Shown: in pieces, positions 44,307 to 62,196 of the stretch | Position numbering within the stretch: the stretch's first letter is position 1 | Layout of the letters: each line of letters starts with the position of its first letter | DNA from: the human T2T-CHM13v2.0 reference genome, Homo sapiens | Assembly (NCBI RefSeq): GCF_009914755.1 | Contig: NC_060928.1 | Reading direction: 5' to 3' (one strand) | Length of the DNA: 64,000 nt | Notes under the pieces: model-generated | What the model saw: only the letters and a program-made list of their open reading frames with translations | The model's database searches: none | What the model was told of the DNA's origin: nothing | Translations under genes and position numbers: made by a program

Positions 44307-47300
44307 ATAATGTACATTCATGTACTCACCACCCAGCTTTCGCAATTATCAACACACATACAATATTGAAAAACACATATATTAATTGAAAATTTCAAAG
44401 CACAATTATATGATTTGCCCCTTTAGTTATCTGAGCTGAGAAAGCATGGGAGAAGTATCTGAGCTTAGCCCACTTGGCCAAATCTTGCTTTTGACCTCAG
44501 CTGAAACAGAAGAGCTGCTACCTTCCTATTGTAATACAGACAGTTCCTAAATGCTGACAGTGATAACCACCAAATACAAAACAATAAGATGGGAACATGA
44601 TGCCACGTGTGTTTTCAATACCAAAGGTATCTACGAGCCTAGTGTTTCAAGAAATGCTAAAGTGTGCATGTCTATGAATATGTAGTACGCAATCCACTTC
44701 GTTCTGCCTACTCTGAACGGCCTTTATTAAGGGGTATTTTATGTGGATTCTGTGTGATAGAGAAAAACGTGCCACTCCTTGGCAACATAATATACTAGAC
44801 CAGTTCTCTTTTTTTGAGATGTCAAATATCTACTTTATTATAGTGAGAAAGTGACAGTCAATTTAAATCAAAATTTATGGGGAACATTAGTAGCTGGAAG
44901 GACTTTGGCTAATCACTGTAATGTCCCCAACAAATGGTAAATGAAAGCATAAGGAAATTGAGTTAACACAAGTTAAAAGTTCACATACTTAAGGAATTAT
45001 ATTAGAAGACCTACAACTTAATTAAATTATCTGAAACTGCTCATTTAACTTCTATTGTACTAGTGAACATTTATGCAATTTTACTGTTAGATATGTATTA
45101 AGTAATAGGTTTGGATTGGGTCAAATTGGGAGAACCCTAATGAGGCAGAACAGGGGAAAGTTTAATCCATCATAAAGCATCATTCGGAATCTTTATATTG
45201 AATATTATTAGGCAGACATTTCCCTGGTTAGCTGGTTACTCTCTTATATCTATCATTCTGACATTTTGAATAATTGAAAAATCAAACAGGAACTCTGTAC
45301 ATGGAAAAAATAATCTGATGGAGAAGAAATGTGTTATTGATCACCTAATTTTTTATTTTTTTTCAGTCTTGCATTTGCTTTTTCAACTGTAGAAGTGCAA
45401 GAAGTGGTAAATGTGCCGCATTTTAGACGTTAAAGGCATTGTTAACAGATTTGACACAAAAGATAATGTTATGAGATGCAAACGACAGAAATTTACATGT
45501 CAAATCACATACTTAATATTTATTTCTTTGTTCTGAATACATTTAAAGTCAGTAAGTTCTTAAACCTGAGGTCTTAAGCTATAGAATTGTTTCTTTCAAA
45601 ATACTTTTTAATATACAGGGCAGGGTATTCAGTAACTGCATATACGTGGCACTCGTCTCTTTATGGCTATTGACTTAAGCTTTTTGAGAAGAGTTGGTCT
45701 CCATAACTGAGGTTTGCCACAAATTACACATGTATGGACTCTCCCTGGGGAGATCTGTAGGAAATCCAGAATGGAGCTGTGCTCTCTTACAGAGAACCCC
45801 AAAGCAGCTGTGAAGCTTTCACTGCAGTTGAAAAAAAAAAGTGACCTTTAATTCAGTCCTTAGAAAACAATTTAGATGTCAAAGTGTAATTTTCTAAAGC
45901 CATAAGACCTTTGGGAAAATTCTGCCATTTTTTTTCTCTTCTGATGGAACTATATTGAAAAAAATAAATTATTTGCCGTGATACTTGGTAACATACACGC
46001 ACACACTAAGAAATGAGTAAGAAAAAATATGGCCTCCCGCAGACTCGTTTCTAGCTGCTTGCTGGGGGGAAAAAATAAGCTGCCTCCTCTCCACTGCATT
46101 TAGAGAATTAATTCTCATATGAAATGAAAGGTCCCGTCCAATCCTATTTCACGGTAGCTTTGAGTGCTTGACTGTACCAAAGCAAAGGGCATTACTTGAT
46201 TGTTCACTGTTGACATCACTTTACACCAGAAGGTGGCAATTATTTTAATAATCACACTAACAAATCTGTTTTGCCTTCAGATTGGATTTTTAGAGATAGT
46301 GTTCATTTGATTCTTGTCAAGAAGATGCCTTTGAGAACCAGTAGCATTCACTTACAGATTTATTTCTCAAGTTGGTTTTTCACTCCCACTAATTGGCTAA
46401 AATATTGCACCTCTTTTAGAATATAAGCTACAAAATTTATATATTTCTCTTTATTGAACCTTATTTGTTGACCTGAAACAATTAAAAGGATGCTATTTAA
46501 GATGACAACACAGATGAAGTGATATCATGATAGAGTATAAGTAGATGCTGACTATCATTAAAAAATGAAGAATGTACTTAATTTTTATTTACAAGGAAAA
46601 CTGGTGACGAATTTCTTCAGTTGACCATGACATCTTAGAAATGTAGTGGATTAATAAGATTTATGTGGATACATAATGAAAAATCTTTCATGTATAAATC
46701 ACAAGGCATTTATATCTAACTTACCTCACAAGGTGGCAAAATCCCATAAATTCCTCCATTAAACCTGAGTGGAAGATAATAGCCTTCTTGAAGCCCAGCA
46801 GTTCACAGAAAGCCTATCACCCTTCTGAACCGTATGACAAAATGCAGAGAAACATCCAAAATACCAATACACTGGAACTGCCTGAGAATGCGTCTCCTAA
46901 GACAATTTTCCAAAATCTGTCATCTGAACGCTGTTTGCCATCCATAAAGAAAGAGGAAGAGGAAGGGGAGGTAGAGAATAATGTTGGCTCTGTGAAACCG
47001 CAGCATTCTTTCCAGATGGTCTCTTTTTTCCACAGCTTAGGTTACCTACATGACAAAAGGATAAGAGGCCAGGGGTGAGCACTCTTTTTTTGTAAAACTG
47101 AGAACTCCAGACATTTGTCATCCAGAAAAAATGCCTGCTTCTCAGCAGGATAGATTTTTAAAAATTTTTCTCAGTGCCTTTCTCTAATTGGGCTTCCTCA
47201 ACTTTTCACACATCCTTGCCCTGAACCAGTCCACAAAAGCCAAAGTTCTCCCACACCTAGTCACCAATGGCAGGCCCATAAATCACAAGAAATTACACAC

Positions 47301-50300
47301 GATTTTTTTTTAACATTATGCAATTAACGCCTATAATGTGAGAAAACATTTTATAATATATAACATATTAAAGCAATAGGAAATAGCATGTCAGATTTCT
47401 CATTAGTAAATTCTAATAATGGCTAACATAAAAATGTGCCTATCTATTAATATTTTTTCTTCAATTCACACTTAAAAGAAAAATATTACAGTGTCTTGGT
47501 ATCTGTGCAATGCTCATGTAGGAATTTATTATGCCAAAGTGATCTGGCGTGCCTAAACTAGCATGAGCAATATGAAAATTTAAAGATAGCTGAATGCCCA
47601 TTCTTTAATTTTACTAAAATAATGAAAAACATATATTATCTGAGCTTACAAAACATGTAAATATGAATTCAAATGGAGCATATATTTTCTACATATATAT
47701 TGCGTTTTTCTACTCAGTATTAAAAACCATTTCTCTTTTTATGCTTTGCTTTCTTTTGTCCTCTAAAAAGAAAGAGAAGTATGAATCTAGAAAATCATCC
47801 ACCAACTCTCATATTAGGAAACTCTTCCTTTTAACTTTGAGGAATTGTTATAAGTTGTGATTTAAATAATAGCTTGTAAATTTTGACGGCATAAGAAGTC
47901 CGTAAATAGTTGCTCTTCCTTTGAAAAGGGCTGACACTAAAAGTTAGGGCATTTGAAGTGTTTTGTTGGTTTTGGGGGGACTATTTGGATGTCAATATTA
48001 AACTATTAAAACAGGACTTTGAGCAAGAATTGATAACACGGTATAATGTCTTTTACCTCCCAGCTACCAGTCTGACCCTGACTCAGGCCTCCGGAAGAAA
48101 CCACTCGCTAATCACAGTCTGTCTTGCACCCAGACACGGCATCTCAGACACTGCACAAATTAAGAAGTCACCCTCAAAACCTCTATACAGTGCAGGAATA
48201 CAGCTAAGACACCACACCCGAGTACTAACATCTGCAAATTCTGAAAAGCTCTTCATAATAAAAAGAAAAAGAAAGAAAAGGAAACATTTGCCACCTTCTG
48301 TGTCTTTTCTTGCCACGTGTATCTGCTCTCATGTGCAGACACTTTAATATTAGATGAGAAAATGGGAGAGGAAGCTACGATAGAAGAAGAGAAATGGAGA
48401 GAGAGCTGAAATACATCCATTTGTTTTCTTTCAAATTCATTTTATGGGCTTTTTGTAGGAAGGTGTTTTTTTCTTGATTTTTTGCTTTATTTCTGGCATC
48501 AACTATCTTTGAGTTTGCTTTTGAGTAAGAAATATTGAAGAGCAGATGAAAAGCCAGATGCAGTGGTAGGCTGCGGTGGAATTAGGTAATAGTTGCAAAA
48601 ACCTACTTAATCTTTTGTTTTCTTTTTGGTTTGAGCAACGCTTAGAAATAAAATGGGTCTCTAAATCACAGATGATGGCTCTGGGGAACGTAAAAGACAT
48701 CTTTTGAATATGAAGAATACTACACCGACAGGCAGGAGGCCTTGGAAAGTACCAACTTTGCCAATCGCTCACTGAGTATTTTTTGAACAAGTCTTATTAC
48801 CTCTAGACCTTGATTTTTTTTATCTCTGAGATTATTCTAACATTGTATGTGAATATTTTGAGTTCTTACCAAAGCATGTTTGGCCCAAGGAAGACATATA
48901 ATGACATTGTTTCGATCATTGTGTTTCACATATTCAGAACAGAATTGCTCACCAGACACAGATCTGGGCACAAACCCCCTTAGCTGATCACACAAACACA
49001 TTCTGAGTTTCCCCCTGTCTGTAGGCTTGTCGGAGCTCCCGGGCTACAGGAAAATGACTCCCAGGATTGAATTCAAAGGATGCAAGTAAACACTTACTAA
49101 TTAAAAGAAGGGTTCATTTTATGCTGATTTACAAAACACATTAATTCCTACAAGCTAAGTCTGTTTTTGTTCAGGGTTAGTGTGGGCCAATAGATGGAAA
49201 ATTGTTTTAAAACTGAAATAATAAACTTTTGGGAGAACACACAAAACCCTTACTGTGTCCAACTTGTACTGAAGGGAAATTCCTCTTCATTGGACAAAAA
49301 CGAAGGCACATGGTATACCAGGAGATCGTTTGGTGCTTGATGTCAATGAATCAGGAGCATCAGAACTATTTTTCTTGTATTAAGCTTTTAGGCTGTGTTT
49401 TGCCAACTTGCACAGGTTGAAGACAGCATTAATGTTAATGAAGGATGGAAGTCTGAGAGGCAGTGACTCTCACTTCCCCACCCCCACCTTACTTCCTTTC
49501 ATGCTAAATCCATTAGTATAGATGGATCGACATTAATACACAAGAAGGACAGAATCGCTCTCCATTCGGGGACACTTTTACTTGACCCTTGGCACACATT
49601 GCCCATACGTGGCCACAGGACGTTTGACCTATTCAATGGCATTTATTCATTCATTTATTTATTCTATGTGCTTCAAACCAATTTCTCCCTAGGTACGTTA
49701 CACTTCTTACACTTAGAATGTATTAAAAAGTTAAAATCTCTGACAAGGAGTACATCAGAAAGAACTTGAGGACAGAGTCTGTCATTCATCTTTGTAACCC
49801 TTAGGAGCTTTAGATCCAGCTTTGCACAGTGTCTTCTACACAGTAGGCGCTACATAAATGCTCACTGAATGAAACTGAATTGAATCGCATTGTCAAATTC
49901 TAAACTGTTCCATGTGATCTTATTATAACCTTCTTATCACCTCCTAGTAAGAAGACATGTATCTTAAGATTTATACATATACACACACGTTTCTAAAAAT
50001 CATTTTACTCCAGTGAATCCAAGCAAAACATACAGTGAATGTTTCTATAAAAGCTAGATATTGAATACTTTAAATCTTATATTTACAAATGATTTTCATT
50101 ATGAGTACGAAAATAAGCATAGGGCTTTCTGGATCAGTACAGAAATTTGGGTTAAAACTATACCATATAGCTGGAAGGGAGCATGTAGGTCATCTGATCT
50201 TGTGGTCTTCAAAGGGTATTCCTTGTCACCCAGAGGTTCCTTCAAGTACTCCCAGTGTTATCAAGAGGCAGGAAGGCAGATAAAGTGGTACAGGCAGTGT

Positions 50301-50456
50301 CAAAGGCATTCAGCTTTCTCCCCAACCTTTCAACAGAGAAAATGCATTTCAGAATATGTGGGGCTTCTCTGTACAAATGTATTTCAATGACAAGTGTCCA
50401 CTGCTTTAAAATAATTAAAGCACAATCTTTAATTTTTTTAAAAAAGAGAGAGAACC

Positions 50457-51101
<645 letters not shown>

Positions 51102-51381
51102 ACCATTTTACAAACAGGTAATCTTAGGCACAGAGATTTTCTGTCATTTTGTTAAGGTTATATCACATAGCTATGGAGTTGTGCCAAAAGTCGGGTCTCC
51201 TGATTTTTGGACCAGGAGGTACAGTCACAGCTTACCTAGGCAGCAGAGAAAAGGTAAGAGAAAGAGACTTTCTTAGATTGAAATGGGTATGCCCCAACCT
51301 AAATCTTTACAGCTGCAACCACAGGAACTCAAAAGAAAACTAAAAATCAACCAAAAAATCAATTAAGGCGCTAACACTGAC

Positions 51382-51400
51382 TTGCGCTCCCTGCTGGCCA
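51382..51400 (-). promoter_or_regulatory. CTCF binding motif
   Basis: Reverse complement TGGCCAGCAGGGAGCGCAA versus consensus TGGCCASYAGRKGGCRS; retained CpG in AT-rich unique DNA. Confidence 0.6.
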
Positions 51401-53129
51401 CAATAATTAACAAGAGGCTAATACCTAGTGAGGATTTATTGATTTTTTAAAAAAACCATTGGACTCTCTCTCATGTAACAGAAGACAATATTTTTCTGTT
51501 TCTAATCCCTTTGGCTTCTAAGAAATATACATAATCACTGGGTTGCTTCAGGATACCAGGTCCTGGGTATAGTGCATTCCACTGTATTCAAAATAAACAA
51601 TATTTGCCTAATTTATAATTATATCTTTCAATTTGATATTAATTGCATATGAGATTCTATTTTCATCAATCACTGTTTTTCTATTTATTAGTGTCCATTA
51701 CTAATTATTAGGAGATTTTACCAATGCTACCAAATGTAAATATAGAGTATTAGCTATAAGTATCTTTGAGGAAAAGACATAGTTTATTGCTTTGTAGTAA
51801 AGTTTAATACTTTATATATGCTATCATATTCACAAAGCCAATGTTGACTCAGTCCATCTAATTCCTGGACTACAACAAAAAATAAAATAATTATTTTCAT
51901 TATTAGCCAACTGAAATCTCTATGGACTTTAAAAGGTTTAGTATCTGAAATTATTTATTTGATAATCAGGCTCATGCTTTTGAACTCTTCAAAATTGCTC
52001 AATGGTAACAGACTTCAAATTGTGTAGATAATATGCACAGGTTAATTCACCTTTTCTCAAGGTGACGTTATTTTAAAGACAGTGAAGAAGTACTTTTAAA
52101 TAAAACACAGCCCCAGTCTCTGGGAACATGCAAGGCTGTGCTTTTACAATTGATACGCAGAAGCAATCATGTTTGGCGACAGACCACCCCATAGTGGGAA
52201 CTGCTTTCCAGCCTGGTTTTTATCAGACCAGCAGCTGCTCCATCAGTCCATTAGTGACCAGGAACAAAATGCATTTTTTAAAATCAATTAGCAGCCCCTC
52301 CAACTGAATAAAGATCCCTGGCTATGCTTTTCATCAACAAAACAAGAGCCAGGAGTGAATAAAGCTAAGGAGATCATAAATTCTTGGAAGTGGAGTCCTA
52401 AAACCTGAGAAAGCCATACAGAGGTTAACAGGTCGGACCATGCCCTCGGCAGGACTCCAGTAACTCACTCCAGGCAGACAAGAACCATATATATACGTGT
52501 ACATATATATATGAAATGTGTGTGTATGTTCAGAGAATGACATTTCCCATTATTTCTCAGTAGCTTATCTTCCTAACAACCTTCACTGAAAGGAAGCCAT
52601 TGATATTCAGCCTCTATGCCACATTTAGCCCTAGAAATGCAATCATGTGCCATCCCAAGGTGGATTGTAGAATTGCTATTTATTGTCTCCCATAAAATCA
52701 TTTGTAATTCTAGTATTAAACATACTTTCTGTCTTCTCTAGAGAAATAATAACCATTTATTTAATCTTTCTTCTTAGGTTTGATCTTCTAATCCCTCTGT
52801 CCTACTTCTAAAATGGCACTGTTATCCTAAATCTAATTTTCTTGGCACAATAGTTTGTATACATTAGATGCTTTAACAATATTGAGTTATAAAATTATTA
52901 TTTCCCCTTGTAATAACACATTGAGTATTTGAAGACAAGGATATAAAAGCTCCCACTAAACACATATCAGTTGACCGAGTTTCAGAATGGAGAAAAGTAG
53001 AAAACGTAATTCCCTCTCAATAAAAAGAAAGGCAAGAGTCCGCCCTTAGAGCCAACAGGCTGATGTGTACTTACTGCAAAGCACAGCAGGCCAATTTGAG
53101 AAGAGCAGCCAAAAGATAACTAGAGCTTG

Positions 53130-53768
53130 CAGAACAAGTTCCAATAAACAATCCAATCAACAAAAAGTATACTAGGGATTTGAATTGAAGAAATTTACTG
53201 CCAGGAATGAGTTGCAAGGGTGAAAGGGCAAAGGGGATGCTGAGGTGACGTAAATATCAGCGATCACTGGAAGCAAAAGCAACCCCTAGGGCTGAGGTAG
53301 CCAGATGGTGGTAACTGCAGAAAGTACCTTGCAACCTGAGGCCAGGCGAACTAAAGGAAAGAGGTGAGGTTTTGAGATCTAGGAGCTCAAAGGAGGAGAC
53401 CTGCGTACCTGGTGCTCAAACCTTTGAGATAAACCAGCGCAATGGTGGTTTGGCCAGGAAAGAGCAGGATGGCTGGTGTTGGTGCCTCTGAGGGCACATC
53501 CTAGCTGGTGCTGAGAATGTCAACGAAGCTTGATGGGGAGCCTTAGCTCTCTTCTAATAATGGGTGGTTGCTAACAGGATCTAGAAATAGAGGGTCTTTT
53601 TGCCTTCTCCCTGCCTTCTAATTGTCTACCATTTGCAGAAACTTACAAGAAGCCAATTTCACGGGAGCATGAGAAATGTAGTTTGCAGACTCCTACCCCT
53701 AGCATCACCAAACAAAATAGAGAAGGGTGGGCTTGAAGCTGAGAGGCAATTGATAAATAACCAGCACA
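53130..53768 (-). mobile_element. Ancient LTR (LTR33/LTR78-like)
   Basis: gaaatgtagtttgcagactc...gggtgggcttgaagctgagaggcaat...aaccagcaca terminus. Confidence 0.5.
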
Positions 53769-53919
53769 CATGTGTGCCTGAAATAACGGGCCCAGACTCG
53801 ATTTTGTTCTTTAAAAGAATAAAATGGGTCATTCCAGGTTTATAGCTGTGCACCAGTCCTGTGACCTGGCAGTTGGGAGAGTTAGATTACTGCATTTTTG
53901 AGGATGCACAAGAACATCA

Positions 53920-54627
<708 letters not shown>

Positions 54628-55661
54628 TCAATTTCCATGGGTAGAAATGAAATCTTTAGTCAGTACAAAATATTAATGTAGTTTACTAAAATTTAAGGTT
54701 AAGGTAGAAATCCTCTTATCTACATAAAGGCTTTTCAAGTACATAGGACACTGTGAGGATTGGCTGAGGATAGGCAAGATTCAAAGTAAAGTGTGTCTGA
54801 TTTCTCCATGCCTATCTAAGAATCCCCACTCCTTGTCCACTGTGTGCCCAGAAGCTGGACCCCTACCAGTGTCCCAACTCCAAAATTTTCTCATGTCCAC
54901 CTCACCCTGATCTCTTAATGTCACTTGACTATGGGTTAAGTAAACCAAAATCTCCCTGAAAATAATTCCCTCCAGTGTATGAGTGATTACTCATACACTG
55001 ATTACTCCCCCTTAACCATTCCAAAGATATCGGTGTCTTTAAAGCCTGCTAGTCACCTCCAAATTAATCCCTTACTGTTAGAATTTTAGAAAGGAGGATA
55101 TTTGGGAGCAATGGGATCTCACTCTGGACTTGTGGGACAATTGAAGAGGTTCTCATGAATTATTGAGACGGGAAGTTTATTCAAAGCTCTTAGAAAGATG
55201 GTGGCAGGAGCAGTACAATTTTTCAGTCTCTCTCAATCCACACATCAAAGGAGAGAGAACAATTAAATCCCCAAACCAAAATTCCCTAGACAACATTAGC
55301 GACAAAGCTAGATGATAACATGTCCCCACACACATCAGAGTACAAGTAGGTGGGGACAAACCACCAGCAGCCGAAAGAACTACGTGATAGGAACACGTGT
55401 GCAGGAGGAGGCAGAGTGCAGAGACAGGTGGCATCTGAGGAGCCAGAGAACATGAGCCCCCGTAGAGCCAACATGCAAACTTCCACTTGCAGGAAAGCAT
55501 GATTCATTTGAGAAGAACTGCTAAAATGGGGAAGGTTTTGCCAATCCAGTACCAGGTGAGTGCAAGAGGCCCAGAAAGGCTAAGAAGGGGCTGAAACAGT
55601 CTAGCCACTAGGAATGCTCAAAAACCACCCACCAGGGCACGCTTCCACGACAGGGTCCCTC

Positions 55662-55915
55662 CAGGGCTGAGTCATCCATCCGGCACTGTAGACACAATGT
55701 CAGGGGCCCACGGTACTTTCAGGAAACCATGAAAGATTTCAATTTCTTTTAAAATCAAAAAGGAAAAATGCACTTTTAGGTCAAAGAAAATGTTTTAATA
55801 TATAATAGATTTGCCTTTATATTCCATGCAGTTGTAAAATATAATTTTTAACATTTTTAATAGAGGAAGGAACCTACAGAGGCCTAGGACCCACAGGAAT
55901 CACAATGAAGCCCTG
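55662..55915 (-). mobile_element. ORSL-like hAT-Tip100 element
   Basis: TIRs cagggct...agccctg; 8-bp TSD ggtccctc/ggccccac. Confidence 0.75.
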
Positions 55916-56050
55916 GGCCCCACAGAGCACAGAAATAGTGGGCAGTGGAGTCAACACTGAGCAGGACAGGGACAAAAGAGATGAAGTCACCGACAGTAAG
56001 AGGGCTTGAAGAGAGCCCAGAAGTCTCAGAGCAAGCTGCCATACTCATGA

Positions 56051-56421
<371 letters not shown>

Positions 56422-56896
56422 AGCCAGCCTTATTCTTAAAGTTCAAGAAAACTAATTTCACATAGAAATGAACAACAGAAAGGTGTTGAGGTCAAATCTC
56501 ATACAATGTTATGATAAGATGAGAACAAGTCATAGAATAATACCCCAACAGACAATGAAAGCCACTAGAAAGATGTGTCCTCGAAAAAGAACAAAACAGA
56601 AACCCACTATTTCAAAACAACCTAAGACATTAAGGTAATGACATAATACTTGAAAGAGCAACATGAATCAGAAATGGAAAAGTGCAGAAATGAGATGACA
56701 GGCTTCAGGAAAGAATCGGAAATTAAAGTAAAAATCATTTCAGAAATGAAGACTAAACCAGAAGGAACACTAGAGCTTATAAACACAATAGATAATGTCT
56801 CACAGGAAATAGAAGGTAAAAAAAAAAAAAAGAAATTTTTAAACATCTAAAATAAATAAATACACAAAAGGGATTCAAGAGAAAGTGACCAAAAGA

Positions 56897-57757
56897 CAGG
56901 CAGATGCTGTCAAGGATGTGGAGAAAGAAGAACCCTACTATGCTGTTGGTGGGGATGTGAATTTGTACAGCCACGTGGAAAAGAGTATGGAGATTCCTCA
57001 CAAAACTAAAAATAGAACCACCATATGATCCGGCAATCGCACTGCTGGGTATATATCCAAAAGAAAGGAAATCAGTGTATCAAAGAGATAACTGCACTCC
57101 CATGTTTAATGCAGTACAATTCACAATGGCCAAGATACAGAATCAACCTAAGTACCCATCAACAGATGAACCGATAAAGACAATGTGGTACACATTGGAA
57201 TATTACACACATACACAATGGAATATTATTTAGCCATAAAAAAGAATGAAATCCTGTCATTTGCAGCAACATGGATGGAACTAAAGGACATTTTGTTAAG
57301 TGAAATAAACCAGGCACAGAAAGATAAATATCACATGTTCTCACTCATACGTGAAAGCTTAAAAATTTGACCTCATAGAGGTTGAGAGTAGAATGAGGGT
57401 TACCAGAGGCTGGGAAGGGTAGTGGGGAGGGGAAGAAAAGAGGGACTGATCAATGGATACGGAAGTCCAGTTAGATAGAAGGAATGATACCTGGTGTTCA
57501 GTTAGAAGGAATAATACCTGGTGTTCAGTAGCACAGTAGGATGACTGTAGTTAACAATTTATTGTGTATTTCAACATAACTAGAAAAGTGGAATTGAAAA
57601 GTTCCTAAAACAAAAAAAATATAAATTCTTGAGGTGAGACTATCCCAGTTACCCTAATTTGATCATTACATGGTGTATGCTTGTATAAAAATTTCACATG
57701 TATCCTATAAATATGTATAACTATTATATGTCCATAAAAACTTAAAAATTAAAAAAG
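56897..57757 (+). mobile_element. L1MA 3' end (ORF2 end plus 3' UTR)
   Basis: gcagatgctgtcaaggatgtggagaaa...atcctgtcatttgcagcaacatggatggaact...A-rich tail. Confidence 0.92.
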
Positions 57758-57832
57758 AAAGAGATCAAAATATTGAAGGAAAGAAAAGGAAATTTTTTAA
57801 TGGCTAATATGAGTTTCTGAATAAGAAAATCA

Positions 57833-59100
<1,268 letters not shown>

Positions 59101-59584
59101 TAAAACTAATAAAGCCCTTAGGGAAGCTTCTCCTTTTACTCTGTTACTTCTCCTCTTCCTGAAGCAACTTCCTCACCTCCATGTCAACAACACTAGCCCT
59201 TCTGCGCCTCCCTCGGCTCTGCCCTCTGAAGTGTTTCTTCTTCCTTGTTTGTTATATTAGATGATCAATGAATATTAGTCACAATTATAGCCCAGGACAT
59301 GATGCCTTGAGTGCTCCTCCAGCCTACCGACCCCTTCTGAGAGAGTAGAAACCTGAGATTCTTCATATATAGGTCCCTATGCAGTGCTTTATGGGTCTCT
59401 GCTACCCTAGCCTAGTTGATAGAACTGGGGATTTGTAGATTTACTCGACATATATGTATTAAGCAGCTAATACCATGTGTTATAACAATGAACAAAATAG
59501 AATAAGGCCCTTCTCTCCTGGGTCACCCTGGCATAGGCTGGCCCCGTGTGGGCCGGAAAAGGCCCAAGGAGTATCTAATTATCA

Positions 59585-59832
59585 TCATCATCACAGTGAA
59601 CACTTACTGAGTGTTTACTTATTATGTGCCAAGTTCTGAGCTAAGCACTTTAACACCATTGTCTCTTGTTTGGTTCCGGCACCAACTCATTGAATTAGGA
59701 ATTCATGCTATCTTCATTTTACCAAAGGAAAAAAAATGAAGCCCCCAAAATGTGCATAACTTGCTTTAGTTTATGCAGCTAATAAGTGCAGCTGGACCTG
59801 GAATTCAGACCCCAAGCAAATGGCAAAGCCTA
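59585..59832 (-). mobile_element. MIR SINE
   Basis: acacttactgagtgtttac...tatgtgccaag...taacttgc...gcagctaataagtg. Confidence 0.75.
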
Positions 59833-59835
59833 GCA

Positions 59836-61197
<1,362 letters not shown>

Positions 61198-61294
61198 ACA
61201 CTTCAAAGCCCAAGACCTTAAATGTGATCACTGGTTAAACCAGTGAGTATCTTCTATTGTAAAATATAAATGTGAATTAGAGAAGAATCTAGAC

Positions 61295-61641
61295 CAAGGA
61301 TAGACAAACTATAGCCTATAGGCCATATTCAGCCACACCATCTGTCCTTACATGGACCATAAGCAAGGATTAGTTTTTACCTTTTTAAATGGTTGAAAAA
61401 ATATAAAAGAAGAATATTTTGTACCATGTTGAGCCTATAGGAAATTCAAATCTCATTGTTTGTAAATAAAGTTGTATTGGAACACAGCCACGCCAATCCA
61501 TTTTCAAGCTGCCCAAGGCTGCTTTTGTACTACAAGGGCATCCTTGAGTCATGACAGCAGAGATCACAGGGCCTGCGAAGACTCGAATATTTACTATTAA
61601 TATCTATCTTGACTTTTAGAGAAAAAGTTTGGTGACTTCTG
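61295..61641 (+). mobile_element. MER58B (hAT-Charlie)
   Basis: caaactatagcc...taaataaagttgtattggaacacagccacgcc...aaaagtttggtgacttctg; TSD atctagac/atttagag. Confidence 0.85.
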
Positions 61642-62196
61642 ATTTAGAGAACAGATGGGTGAACTTAAAGAGAGAGAAGAGAAAAAGGCAGTAATCAGAA
61701 GTTCTAAGGCGGTAGAATCCATGAGCAAACAGAAGTTATGAGGTAAAGAGGGAAGCAGGGGCAGGGCTGCCTGGGAACAGAAGAAAAGACAAGAGTAGCT
61801 GAGCAATTGTACCTTTAGAGCAGGGCTCAGCACTTCTAAAACTCCTGTCCCGCAAGACTTGATCCACAGTGGCTAAGACGGTCAGTGTTCTGCCTTATCC
61901 CTTCATGTAAATCAACTGCAGGTAAGTTACGTACATTTCTGTTTATGGTTCCCTGGAAAAGTCTAACACACAATTTGCCTTTAATTCTCCTCTCTGACCC
62001 CAGATTCCCCTGAATCTGCCACCAAGACCACCAAGAAAATGTCTGATTTGACCCCATGTTTGCAGAGCGTGGTGACATGCTTACAGGTTCTCTAAAATGT
62101 CAGGATCATAAACCACCTTTTCCTTTCCATTTCAGTGCTCTCACTTGAGACATCCATTTCTTCATGTCTCATCCTTACCTAGAATCAGAAATAGTT

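Noticed and set aside
56650-56850. Coiled-coil-like peptide
   Set aside because: Best explained as decayed L1 ORF1-like sequence
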